From positions 8,432,001 to 8,496,000 of the forward strand of contig NC_134031.1 in NCBI RefSeq assembly GCF_964204645.1: a stretch of DNA of 64,000 nucleotides, read 5' to 3'. Within the stretch, counting starts at the first letter, position 1. Each line of letters opens with the position of its first letter. The notes beneath the pieces are model-generated. The model saw only the letters and a list, made by a program, of their open reading frames with translations. It made no database searches and was not told the DNA's origin. This document shows, piece after piece, positions 1 through 11,342 of this stretch. This DNA comes from Tubulanus polymorphus. Taxonomy: Eukaryota > Animalia > Nemertea. Both the position numbers and the translations under genes were made by a program.

Positions 1-195
1 TGATGAACAAGCCAATGACCTTGGAACTCACTAAAATAAATATCTCATGAGCAACATGCAACTTTGCAATTGAATGTCGGAACAAAATATGTACATCCCT
101 ATATAAATGGAAATACTACACAATTCCACCACTGAATGCCTCGTGAAATGTATGCAGAAGCCAATACTCTTGAAAATCACCACAATCATAGACTA
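1..195 (+). repeat. Diverged fragment of the ~154-bp HINE-A central repeat inside an LSG1 intron
   Basis: CCAATGACCTTGGAACTCAC...AAAATATG...CACCACAATCATAGA matches the repeat units at 11420-12020 and 43075-43830. Confidence 0.6.
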
Positions 196-682
196 GAAAG
201 ATACTTTTAATAGGATGACGGAGATATAAAAATTAGAACTCGAACTTAGCGCACTGATGACGAGTTAGATTGGTTGGTATATACTGTAGTGCTTTTCAAA
301 CATTAGTGCAAGTCAGGTCCAAATGATGTTCCACTGTATTGGACAAAGAATAGAGATTTAAGACAACATACGTATTAATGCAAAGTTTAAGGCGAAACCG
401 AGCTGCTGGCACTTTGATAACGGTCTGCTCTTGGCACAATCGCCAAGAACCTATGACATAGGCCAACTAAATTGACCATGCAGTCCATGGGGTACAAGCT
501 TCGCAACCATGTGTGAACATGTTGTCAGCAGGTTAATAAGCGATATGGACAGATTCAAGTTCTTGAATTACTCGTTTGATGGCGCTAGTCAGAACCAGAA
601 ATTGGAACGTAAATCGACGTGGTGTTGCAAGTCTCTAACAAGATAAAGACCATAGGTGAAAAGTTTTCTGTGCATATAATAC

Positions 683-826
683 CTTTGGATTTGTGAAAGG
701 AGATCTGCTTTATTGACCAGAATCATATTTTCTTTTTCAACACTGACTTCCTTGACATATTTCTCTAAATCTTCACAACGAAACAGAAGAGGATTTCGAG
801 CATCGACAATCTGTACCACAACATCG
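683..826 (-). CDS. LSG1: LSG1 coding exon 6 (gene continues left of the window)
   Basis: SDVVVQIVDARNPLLFRCEDLEKYVKEV...ILVNKADLL contains the DAR and NKAD (G4) motifs of circularly permuted GTPases; AG/GT boundaries; phase matches exon 5. Confidence 0.93.
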
Positions 827-1076
827 CTGAAATGATAATGGTTTTTTATGATAAGTGCTGATGAATTCTTTGTGACATCTTTATTTGAGAAATTGCCAAA
901 TAAAAGTGCTTAATGAAGATTTGAAATTAAGAAAGGACCATTGGTCTTGTGGGTCAGTTGCACTTAAGACGTAACTTTTGAATATAGCATAGATTAAGCA
1001 TATCACTAGTAAGTACAGTTATTTAAGTCAAAAGTAATTTCACAATGTGGAAAAGTGCTTTTCTTAAATACGCTAC

Positions 1077-1163
1077 CTCCTTTCTATTACTCTCCAGAGT
1101 TGTCTCCAAAAATCTAGATTCTTTTCAAAAGGAGTAAGAACCAAATGTTTCTCTTCTTGCAAA
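1077..1163 (-). CDS. LSG1: LSG1 coding exon 5
   Basis: LQEEKHLVLTPFEKNLDFWRQLWRVIERS is the LSG1 signature; TTTCAG acceptor and GT donor; 87 bp. Confidence 0.93.
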
Positions 1164-1535
1164 CTGAAAATCAAATAAGCCTGAAGTACAAATATTGTTC
1201 ATATGATTTTCGTAGGGAAGTGTATGATCAGGATTTCGGACAGTACATGCCTAGCATAGCCCTAAACATCAGGGGCCAGGTTTTAATGGATGGATAGCCT
1301 AAAACTAGGTTTCTCTATCATATCATGGCAGAGTATGTAATGACATCAGATTCAATTTGAAAGAGAATTGCTCACCATATCAGACTTGTGATTTCATCAG
1401 ATTCAAATGAAAGGGGTTAATGTATTGTGACAGTCTCATGGCAACATCAAGCTGAAATCGCTGTGGTAGAACTACCACAGACGTATGAACTAGACCATAA
1501 TTCTACTGGAACATGGAATGTAGGCCTACTGGGTA

Positions 1536-2355
1536 AAATAAATTGCCCATGGGCAAAGTGTGGTTTACCTTGAAAGCTAGAGGTTGTTTGTAAGGGAATT
1601 ATTATTTTGCAGTCAAATGAGACCAAAGATAAACATTTGTTTATGGTCTACATCCAAAATTTCGCAGCAGGGAAACTATTTTATATTTTCAAAAAAATAT
1701 TTTTCACAATATTGAGTCTTGGGAACGAAACCTCTTCCAATGTATGGCCGTGGAAGTTAAAACACCGGGGCGTAGTATTAGATCGTTTTAAATCCTGGAA
1801 TTTACGACTACAATATTCAGACCTCAACCTATACCTATAGTTTGCTGCTTAGTATTTTCAGGTCACAAGGAATTACAATTTATTACGAATTCTATCAAAC
1901 AGAAAACACAGCGCTCATCTTCTGCTACGACGATTATTCAGCCTGTTATCATACCAAACGTGCACTGCCAAGCAGCGTTACAGCATTACCATATAGTAGT
2001 CTGTACGAGCGTGTGTTTGTGTGTGCAAGAGTCAAATGTTTAGCACTCTTGCGCAAGTGGAGGCCTTGTGTAGTGAACGTTCGCTTCACTTCAATCCCAA
2101 TCACCGGGTATTAAAATGAAACAATACCTACGGCGATATGTGAAATAACTATGTTGTCACCAGCAATGAGTATTTAAAATTCGCACATATACGGCACCAG
2201 TCCAATGAAACGTTCGCCATTAGTGGCTTTCCCATAATTATTTTAGTAGCGCCGGAATTCCCCGTATATACCAAAAACAGCCAATCACATTCGGTCGTAG
2301 AGACGTATCTTAATGCAATTTTATATGCGAGAGCTAAGAATTTTCCAGCCAAAAA
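1536..2355 (-). mobile_element. HINE-B (Helentron-type non-autonomous element) copy 1, left part, split by DIRS; remainder at 10020-10211
   Basis: Near-identical to 12353-13520; palindrome TTGCCCATGGGCAA and subterminal inverted repeat GGTTTACCTT/AAGGTAAACC; ends lie in A-runs with no TSD. Confidence 0.7.
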
Positions 2356-2554
2356 TTTCATTTTTCGATTGAAAAATTGTATTCCCTAAAAATACTTACC
2401 TGTACTGACATAATAGCCAAGTTGCTTTAGATGACTGGCGCCCGCCATAAACGACTTTGAGAGTAAGCCAACCATCAGCTGGCGCCACCTACCCTACTCA
2501 TCTTTGTTTTAGATAGACTCAAGATAGCGGGGATGGCTGGGAGGGTATATTCGG

Positions 2555-2653
2555 TATGTCAGTACAGGTAAGTATTTTTAGGGAATACAATTTTTCAATC
2601 GAAAAATGAAATATTCCCGTCAAAAAACGTTCCCTGTACTGACATAATAGCCA
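2555..2653. repeat. DIRS internal complementary region (ICR)
   Basis: First half is the reverse complement of 2356-2412; second half is the near-exact reverse complement of 9978-10019; together they spell the circle junction GAAAAATGAAA|TATTCCCG. Confidence 0.93.
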
Positions 2654-3081
2654 GAATACCACAGAAAAGGACGGCTGGGCATCTCAAAGTCGTCGACCAA
2701 CCAAGGTCTAAAATCGCTAACGATTTACTACAATAAAAACATGAAAAAACACTCACCCATTACAATCCATTATCGTGAGACCGGAGAGCTTTCCATCCAC
2801 ATCGCACGAGAAACCAAAGAGATTGGTAATTACGAGGCCAGCCCTCTGTTTCCCGTAAAACTACAATACGCAACCCCTGAACGATGACCCTTTAATTACT
2901 ATCATCGATAAGACTATAAACAAAAAGAGCCATGCCTTGAACGCAAGGTCTTTGATTAGACCTACGCGTATATACACACACACAAACCATGCGTGTGTGG
3001 CCCGAAGGTAATACTATGGTTTCCGTATCTTTATGGAACACTAATCTTGTAATACTTCCAAAACAACACCACGACTGTGTC

Positions 3082-4877
3082 TCAATCCCCAGGACCCGGC
3101 AAAAACGGATCTGTGGGGACCGTAATATCAAACCGTTTTGGGGGTTTTCTCAGCCCTTGAGCTAAAACTACAGGGCCCACTGCAGAGAGGCTACCTAACT
3201 GCCCCGAAACATCCCTCAGATAAAACGAGGAGAACGTGGACGGGCACGACCAGAAAGCTGCCTTGCAAACCTGGTCTTGAGAACCTCCGGTGAAAACGGC
3301 CCAGGACGTGGCCAACGCTCGCAACTGGTGCGAAACCACCTCCTGAGAGAGCGGGGCACCTCCATGGTTTAACGCCTCCTTAATCACTGATGTAATCCAC
3401 CTAGCCACAGAGTCCCTAGAAATGTCCTTCGAAAGATCCCACACTATTGGGAGAAACAATCTCTCCCTCGAGCCCCGTAATTGCTCGGTCTTTTCCAAAT
3501 ACCTCTTCAGGGAGCGCACTGGACACAACATCCTGTCAGGTAAGTCTCCTGAAACCCTATGCCCCAGAGCTTCTACCCTCCATGACCTAGCCGCTGCTAA
3601 GGATTTCTGATTCTTCGCTATGAAGGATAACCCCAGACGAAGTATCATGTATCTATCCTCGGGCCCGAAAACTATATGGCCCGGTCTGACCCAGGAAGAA
3701 AGAAACTCTAAATATTTGGATGGATATATGAAAGCTGTGGGTACTAGAGTGTGTGTGTAATGGGTAGTGTAGTGTGATCTGTGTGCATTTGTGGCCAGCA
3801 CACAGATCACATTGTTCAATGGGGTTTGGTCCAGGACTCGCGAGATTTTCAACAACACGGAAGTAACGTGTAATAAATGATGACTTGAATTGCATGACTA
3901 CCTACCACCCCTCATTATTGTTGGAAAACTAAACGTTCGGCACTGACTAAAAATTAGTAATAACATTTTAGAAATGGCCAGAATTTTAACTTAGGTTCTA
4001 TCTCATTTTTATTTTACAATGGCGATTGGTATAATCTTTTTTTAAACGGCCGTTAAGGCTTCATGTTTCGTCTGCAATTCACTGCAAATAGTTACGCAAC
4101 TACGCACATTTCAGTGTTTTTGGCAGCTGTACACTCAATCGGCACCGTTCGTGACTAGCTTCACTGCGGAATTATCATTAATTAACATCGCCATATCACA
4201 TCATCAACTTATATTGTGCCTTAAAACCCTAACAGCCGAAATAATTGAAATGCACACACGATTTCTATCATTGAAAATTGAGAGAGTGGCCATGTTTGTG
4301 TTTGCTGCTTCGCGTAAATCCCGCGCCGTGGCGCAACCACACAGAGTGGGGCCGATACGTCGAGAGTGCGTGGACTTCTGAGCGACGAGCGGCCATAGCC
4401 AAACAAAGCAAAAACACTGTCTTCCTAGTTAACCGTGACAAGGATATCTCCCGTAACGGTTCATAGGGAGGACGCATCAAATACTTCAGTACGACTGTAA
4501 GATCCCATGGAGGAACCTCCCTCACCTTTCTGGGGTGAGCCACTGTGAACCCCGCAATCAATTGGGAAATTCTCGAGTCCGTGGAAACCTCCGAGACCCC
4601 GGCGGACGGATGCGTATGCGAAATAGCCTTTAGTAGTCACCACTTGAAACCCTTTCTGATTAAACAGAAAATGAAAAAAGTCCGCTAGATCCGCAACAGC
4701 GGGGCGGAGAGGATCCACCTGTCTCCGAGAGCACCAATTGCGAAAAAATTCCCACTTAGCATCATAGACTGTCCCTGTCGAGGGTCTCTTGGATAAACGA
4801 GGCAGGCCCTTGCGAAAATCCCTGATCCGCGAGGGATTGCTGGACAGTGGCCAAGCGTGAAGATCCAAGAAACTCAC
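3082..4877 (-). pseudogene. DIRS tyrosine recombinase, interrupted by a 670-bp insert (3691-4360) and frameshifts
   Basis: Catalytic motifs ARRSEVHALS, CPVR, HQLR, AAFW and FYLRD; N-terminal YDAKWEFFRNWC. Confidence 0.9.
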
Positions 4878-5298
4878 GTTGGGGTGAGAACCGCCCCTGG
4901 GATAATACAGTCGGAAACGTTGGGAGCCGACGCGGCTGATCGCACAGAAGATTCAGAAGTCTCGGAAACCAAGTCTGAGCTGCCCAGCAAGGTGCCACGT
5001 GGACCAAGACGCAGTTGCGCGCCTCCTCCACCCGCTCCAACACCCAATTTATCAGGGGAACAGGGGGATAAGCGTAGGCATGAACGTTTTCCCACTCTAG
5101 GGAGAACACATCCACGGCCCATGCCCGGTCGTCTGGGAATGGACAGACGAACACTGGGCACCTGGTGTTGAACCTGGTAGCAAACAGGTCTAGATTGGGC
5201 CAACCTATTAGTGACCTGACTCGATCCGCTACCGGCTGAGACAGTGTCCACTGTGGGAATCGGCTTGTCCCAACGCGACAACTGGTCGGCCACCACAT
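4762..5298 (-). pseudogene. DIRS DNA N6-adenine methyltransferase-like domain (C-terminal part of pol)
   Basis: DLFAT...AYAYPP...APCWAAQTWFPRL, typical of the DIRS1 MT domain. Confidence 0.85.
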
Positions 5299-7254
5299 TC
5301 AATTTTCTGGCTAGATGGGATACCGAAAGCGAAATCCCCTGAGCCTGAATCCATAGAAGGATCTCTGCAGTTAACCGCGTTAAAGTCCGAGACCTCGTTC
5401 CCCCTGATTCAAGAGATAGGCTTTGACCATCGAGTTGTCCGTGGCCAACCACACATGGCGCCCGAAGAACTGCAATGCTTTCTGCACTGCTAACAACTCC
5501 AAATGGTTTATGCAAACCCCCCTCCCTCGACGTCCAGGCTCCTGACTTCCGAGAAGCCTCGAGATGGGCTCCCCATCCGTAAAAACTGGTGTCCGTGAAA
5601 AGATGAATCGGCGCCTTGAGCGGAGCTAGGGACGTGCCTTTCAGAGGGTTGACAGTTAGAGTCCACCACATGAGATCCACCACCAGGGCCGGTGGAGGCA
5701 CCGGGAGAAGACTGTCCCAGCATGGATTTGAATTCGACCAAGAACTTTTCCAAAACTGCTGTAGTGGACGACTGTGTAATCTGCCCAGCGGAACGACTAA
5801 GGACATCAAACTCATCTGTCCTAGGACCTGAGACCAGTACCGCACCGACCGGGGAATCCCCTGAGTCAGGCCGGATACCGCTTCTTTTAGTTTGTGTACC
5901 CTTGGTTCGGCTGGATAAACTAGACCGACTTCCAGATCAAAGTACATCCCCAGATATACAAATCTCTGAGTGGGGAGCAGATGCGACTTCTCCAGATTCA
6001 CCCTGAAACCCAACTTGTTTATTAAGGCCAAGGTTTTCTCCAACCCTTCCTGGCACTCCCTTGCCGAATCCGCCGCCACCACCAACCAGTCGTCCAGGTA
6101 AACGAATAGACGTACCCCTTGTGACTGAAGGCGACGCTGAACCGTTTTCACTAACTTTGTGAATAGCCAGGGGGCGGCACTGAGCCCGAACGGAAGAGCA
6201 CGAAATTGGTAAGTTTTCCCTTGCCACTTCACCCTGAGTAATTTGCGGGACCTCGGGTGTACAGGGACCTGGAAGTAAGCGTCCTTTAAACAGAGCTGCC
6301 AACCTCAGAAAGATGTTGTCAGTACAATTTTTTTGAGTTTGTCAGTATTTTCTTGAGGTTGTCAGTATTTTTCCAAGAATAACGCGACACGAAAAAAGCT
6401 GATGTTTTTATGATCATCAAAGATTCTAGAGTTTTTGGTTCTAATGATAGCGGTTCTTATTCTAAATCTAATTGCTTTATTAATTCATAGCCCCTTATTA
6501 CAGTTTATGATTCATAAAGGTCTTAATTTACTCGTAATTTAAAGCTTTTATTATCATTGAATTAAATCATAAGACGCGCGCCACGTGTGTCTCAGTAGTG
6601 TTACAATACAGCGCATGTATTAATAGCTATATATGTTCTCTATTGATCACTGCTACTACAGCAGGGAAGTGTGTCTGTGTGTGAGACTATAGTATTACAA
6701 AAGCATTGGCTGCTCTGGCTGCTTGCCAACAGGTGTTGAAAGATGAGACAGTACTGACGGGAATAATGACGGTTGAAAAGATGAATAGCTATCTGATAAG
6801 ATGAATAGCTGATAGCGTTCCACTACTAATTGTAGGCCTACTATTGACTATTGAGTCAATTATTTTATCAACTTTCAGAATTCTATTCAAGACCCTACTA
6901 ATTACTTCCTTGGGCGTGGTCATCTTGAACTTTGGACACTTGAGTAACTTGTTCAAGGACGATAGATCGATCACTGTCCTGAGACCCCCGGATGCCTTGG
7001 GTACCGTAAACAAACAGGAGTACCAACCGAGAGAGTTGGGGTCCCGAACTAATTCTAGGGCCCGTTTCTCCAACAGCTCTTCCACTGCCGGGATGACATG
7101 GGACTCTTGCCCTTTCTTGGGTCTCATGTCCGGTGGGTTTCGACACAGTCGTGGTTTCTTTCGAAATTCCAAGCGATACCCCGCAGAGACGATTCTGCTC
7201 TGCCAGGTGTCGCCAAAAACGTCCTACCAGTGGGAAGCGTAGTCCTGAAGACAC
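5299..7254 (-). pseudogene. DIRS reverse transcriptase/RNase H, frameshifted and interrupted at 6291-6886
   Basis: YSCLFTVPKASGGLRTVIDLS, LKDAYF, LPFGLS, YLDDWL, FTDTSFYGWGA and NVVADQLSR. Confidence 0.92.
6291..6886 (+). mobile_element. One-ended hAT-like DNA transposon fragment inserted in the DIRS RT
   Basis: Starts CAGAGCTGCCAAC (hAT-type terminus), followed by GTCAGTA subterminal repeats; AT-rich; no matching right end; some RT codons appear lost at the right junction. Confidence 0.55.
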
Positions 7255-7272
7255 GCCCCCACTGGCCGACCT

Positions 7273-9439
7273 TCACTGCTGCCCAACTTTGGGTTTCGGC
7301 AGAAAGGACTTCCCCTTTTGAGGGCCTTTCCCTTTACCACGAGACCGAATTCGTAGCCCTTTAGTATCCTTAGAGTCGGACCCAGACCAGCCTGGTCTCC
7401 TAAACTGCGCCCTGGGTAGTTCCCCCGTCGAAGGGAGGCCTACTCGCTGGGTATCATTGTTGGATACACTCTTTTTCGGAATCCTGAAATTGGGCTTAGC
7501 CCTAGATTCCTCCATCCTTTGGACCTGCTCGAAGGCTTTCGAACCCCATCCCGAGAATAAGCGATCCGAGGTTCCTAATGGAGCCCTATAGAGACATGTC
7601 TTAATCGAATCGGGTAGTTTAGAATCTTTAAGGAAACTATGCCTGACCGACAGGGCTAAATTTGCCTGAAGCCTAATAGCCAGAGGAACCTGATGGCAGA
7701 CCGCCCGGCTCATAGCCTGCAGCAGACGCTCCAAAGTAGCGATCCCATCTGCCATGTGATCCAAATCGGGATTATTCTGTGAAACCGAGTCCTTGACCGC
7801 CTCCAGCTCTCCATGCATCGCTATCAAACACATATCCTGGAAGGACCCTATCTGACACAGCGACTCCCCTAAGGCCTACATGGCATTAACTGCCTGTTTC
7901 GGGATATGGAAACTTAAGGGCTGCGAGGTTGGCAAGCCCAGCTGATCTAAATCTGTGTCTATACGGCCGTGTGGCTTAAATGACGCAGTGGGGTATTATA
8001 ATAGACCGGCCGAAAACCCGGAATTTTTGGATCCTAGGGCGTGAAAAATCTAAAATCTTTTATGCCCGATTCCAAGGGCGGCTATGTCCAAGCCTCGGAA
8101 GCCCGGGTCTCACCCCACACAGCCGGGTCTAATGCTTCCTTCCATTCCGAAGCGTAATCGGGATGTGGAGCGAGAACCACCGCATCCGGGTCGTCTGGGG
8201 CTTTAAAAATCTTCGCACAGGAGCCCCTATGTTGGGTGACCCGAGGCTTTGGGACGGTTCCCCCATATTTCGAAAGAACGTCCGTAATGAGCTCCTTATA
8301 AGGCATGTCACCCGTATTCCTAGCATCGTGCACATCAAATAGTGAAGGCGAGGAGCCCCTAGGCCTACAGCCTAAAATCGCAGCTGAACCCGACAAAACG
8401 GTGCTCTGATTAGCCTGATCCTGAAAAGCCCCTTCTTTCTCGGAGGGCTCGTTTTCAAAATCGTTGACGTTGCCTATCGACAATCGATCCCCTTGCTCCT
8501 CGTCCTCTTCCGAGAGCAATTCGGGGTGGGGCTCAGTCTCCTGAGGGCGAGATTTTCCCTGCTGGGTTTGAGCTCTGAGCGAGTTCAACTCCGCCTTGAA
8601 AAATTCACAAATCTGCGATAAATCCCTGTCCCCATGTTCCAGCGGACAGCGGAGGCAGAGGCTGTGGAGTAGGATCCCTAGGCTGATCTTTATGGCGCAC
8701 TGGGGTCCTACCCGGTGATCGTGATCTAGACCAGGACCTACTACGTCCGTGTGCTCGAGACCCTTCTTTATAGGGACGATAATCCCTCCAGGTTCTATGA
8801 ACCCTAGAGCTCGCAGAACCTGACCTACGTGATCGCCTACTAGTTCGACGTTGTCGGGAACGAGCCCTGTGGCCGTGGTGCATCCCTCTGTACCTGTGGG
8901 ACCTAAGGCCCTCGGAAGAGGAATCCCCTGACTTCCGTGATGAGGCATTCCCTGACGATGAGACGTCAGAGGAACTCGAACGCGAGCGGGTCCGTCCTCG
9001 GGTAGACCTCCGTGACCCCTGAGGGGACCGGGATCTACGCACAGAACTTGGGGCCGGGCCAGGTTTCGAGCGAACCAGGGACCGGGATATCTCGCGAGGC
9101 CAATCTAAGGCGGCCTTCAATACCTGAGACCCATCACCCCGAGTGGGGCCAGACTAGTCTGTCGGACCTGGGCACCGGACTGAAGCTGCGCCTGAGCTTC
9201 ACTCTGGTCTGAGCTGTGTGGAGGAATATAGCTTGACTTAAACTTATGGGTCTGTGACCTGTCCAGTCGAGTCCATAATTCCTCCGACCACTCCATGCAT
9301 TCCCCGCAGTGAGCGGAGCGGTCGCAGCTGGAACCCCGCTTAGCCTTTCGGCAAGCACGGCAGATTTTGTGTGAGTCCCCTTCCCCCAAAAAAGGGGGCA
9401 AGAGCGCACTGCACAACTTCTCTGTCCTTGATTGGACAT
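7273..9439 (-). pseudogene. DIRS ORF1 (gag-like), frameshifted
   Basis: N-terminal Cys/His cluster (C..DSHKICRAC..CDRSAHCGEC..W), Arg/Ser-rich linker, C-terminal region with LALSVRHSFL...LF; lies upstream of RT. Confidence 0.8.
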
Positions 9440-10019
9440 CTGAAATTAATAATCTGCAACGATAAAATCTATTATAATCAAAATAAAATTGAATACGGTA
9501 TTACTTACTTGTAATAATAACTCCTCTACCGATACAATAACACCCTTTGTGCAGTCCCTAGAGTAACTATAATAGGGATCGGGAGATAATAAATGGCCTA
9601 CGTGACCTGAACAATAAAACGATGAGCGGTCACGTGCATTGAATAAGCCGCTGTCACTTAGAAACGTGAAGCCACGCCCCTACGCAACGTCGCCGCGGTA
9701 AACGAAAAAGGACGAATTAATTAAAAATTAAATTTATATAAGCGGGCACAACTACGGGAAACGGAGGGCGTTGCCGACCGAAAAAGATTGTAATAAAAAG
9801 GGACGATCGATGGATTGCTCTCACCCGTAAAAATGTCGATTTAGCCAGTAAAGTTAGTCGATGACGACCATCTTTCTACGCGCCATAAAACAAAGATGAG
9901 TAGGGTAGGTGGCGCCAGCTGATGGTTGGCTTACTCTCAAAGTCATTTATGGCGGGCGCCAGTCGTCTAAAGCAACTTGGCTGTTATGTCAGTACAGGGA
10001 ACGTTTTTTGACGGGAATA

Positions 10020-10211
10020 CAGTTTTTCGTCGAATCTAAACAAAGTTGACCATGTCATCGACGGCGGTTCGTCATGTCTTCTATCGCATCGATATTACGT
10101 CGTTTAACCCGAGAACCAATGAAAAAAATACTCACATAAAAAAACGTACCGCGATTTTACATGAATTGGCTCAATGCCAACCTCATACTGCTGACAAAGG
10201 TAAACCAAAAA
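10020..10211 (-). mobile_element. HINE-B copy 1, right part
   Basis: Continues the alignment to 13324-13520 and ends AAGGTAAACCAAAAA. Confidence 0.7.
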
Positions 10212-10240
10212 ATTCATACAATTGTCTCAGTTAGTTTTAC

Positions 10241-10327
10241 CTGGCAAGTTGTCTTCGCCATTCGAGAAAACTGTCCCTTTCTCTGCGATCAAGTTCATCA
10301 GCAGTTGTATCTTCATCCCATTCTGGC
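10241..10327 (-). CDS. LSG1: LSG1 coding exon 4
   Basis: PEWDEDTTADELDRRERDSFLEWRRQLA; AG/GT boundaries; 87 bp. Confidence 0.93.
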
Positions 10328-10409
10328 CTGAAATGTAACTCATACACACAATTTCTCAACAGTTCATTTTGATTACAAAAGCAATTATATTAATAAGAAA
10401 TGAGATTAC

Positions 10410-10530
10410 CTTCTAGGGATATGTAAAAGATCACGGAATCTATCTTGCACATCAGCTATTTCCTGCTTTTCCTCTTGAGACAAAATTCCTGTTGCTTGAC
10501 TCGGGTCGATGACTTGAATGTTCAACTTTT
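10410..10530 (-). CDS. LSG1: LSG1 coding exon 3
   Basis: EKLNIQVIDP...LLHIPRR; AG/GT boundaries; phases consistent with neighbours. Confidence 0.92.
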
Positions 10531-10630
10531 CTAGAAAAGAAAATCATTTTTCTAGCGGAATAATGGTTTTTTTCGTTCTCTGAAGTCTGTAGTATAGGAG
10601 GAATTGACAGAAAACCATCGAGTGATTTAC

Positions 10631-10757
10631 CTGCAGAAAATTCAGTACCAGCTAGCTCAGCAGTTGCCAGGAAGTCGTCAAGGTTGCTTTGTTCAGTGAC
10701 CGATTGTAAATTTAATCGTCCCCAATCAAAACCATCATTCAATTCACTGGTGTGAAC
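10631..10757 (-). CDS. LSG1: LSG1 coding exon 2
   Basis: VHTSELNDGFDWGRLNLQSVTEQSNLDDFLATAELAGTEFSA, the conserved LSG1 N-terminus. Confidence 0.95.
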
Positions 10758-10848
10758 CTATAAATACATTAATGATTTATTACATTAGAAGAGAACTTAC
10801 TTTGGAGTTGATCACATTCATAACTTTTGAATAAAAAACCCAACATAC

Positions 10849-10941
10849 AAATGATTCATGGCCTTTAGTTTGTCGTCCACCAAATCGCTCTTTGATTACT
10901 GCCCGTCCCAAACTTGACAATTGCTTCTTCTTTTTGCCCAT
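10849..10941 (-). CDS. LSG1: LSG1 first coding exon
   Basis: MGKKKKQLSSLGRAVIKERFGG...; 31 codons followed by a GTATGT donor. Confidence 0.9.
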
Positions 10942-11342
10942 CTTCTGTTGAACTTATATGATAGGCTAGTATGCGTAGTCCGAATGCACTTAAAAACATA
11001 ATAAATCAATGATTATTTATCAGTTACAATAAGATAACTGAACGAACGAATGAATGTCCGGACGAAAAGTGAACACAACAGCCTACCGGAACTAAAGTCC
11101 CAAGTTGGTTAAAGCTGTTAAGGTCCCTCCCCAAAGTAAACTCATCACAAATTTCAATGAAAAATTAGGAAGCTACACTTCCCAGAAGGATGACCATTAT
11201 GGGCACAGAAAAGGTCACAGGAGGGCCATCTTGTGTCTCATCCAGCCAATTTCTTTTCTTATGCTGATGGGCCCTAGTTAAATTGCGTATAGAAGAATCT
11301 AGATCGCCTTCAAAATTTTCCTCCAAAACCTCCAAATGAGTA

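Larger units (their letters stand above)
2356..10019 (-). mobile_element. DIRS1-type tyrosine-recombinase retrotransposon, full length but degenerate, in LSG1 intron 4 in sense orientation
   Basis: Inverted terminal repeats 2356-2511 and 9886-10019; internal complementary region 2555-2653; gag, RT/RNase H, methyltransferase and YR coding regions; no TSD. Confidence 0.95.

Noticed and set aside
250-680. Possible retroelement coding remnant in the LSG1 intron
   Set aside because: No recognisable motif could be read with confidence
3691-4360. Canonical Helitron identity for the YR insert
   Set aside because: Minus strand ends CTGG, but there is no 5' TC, no A|T target and no subterminal hairpin
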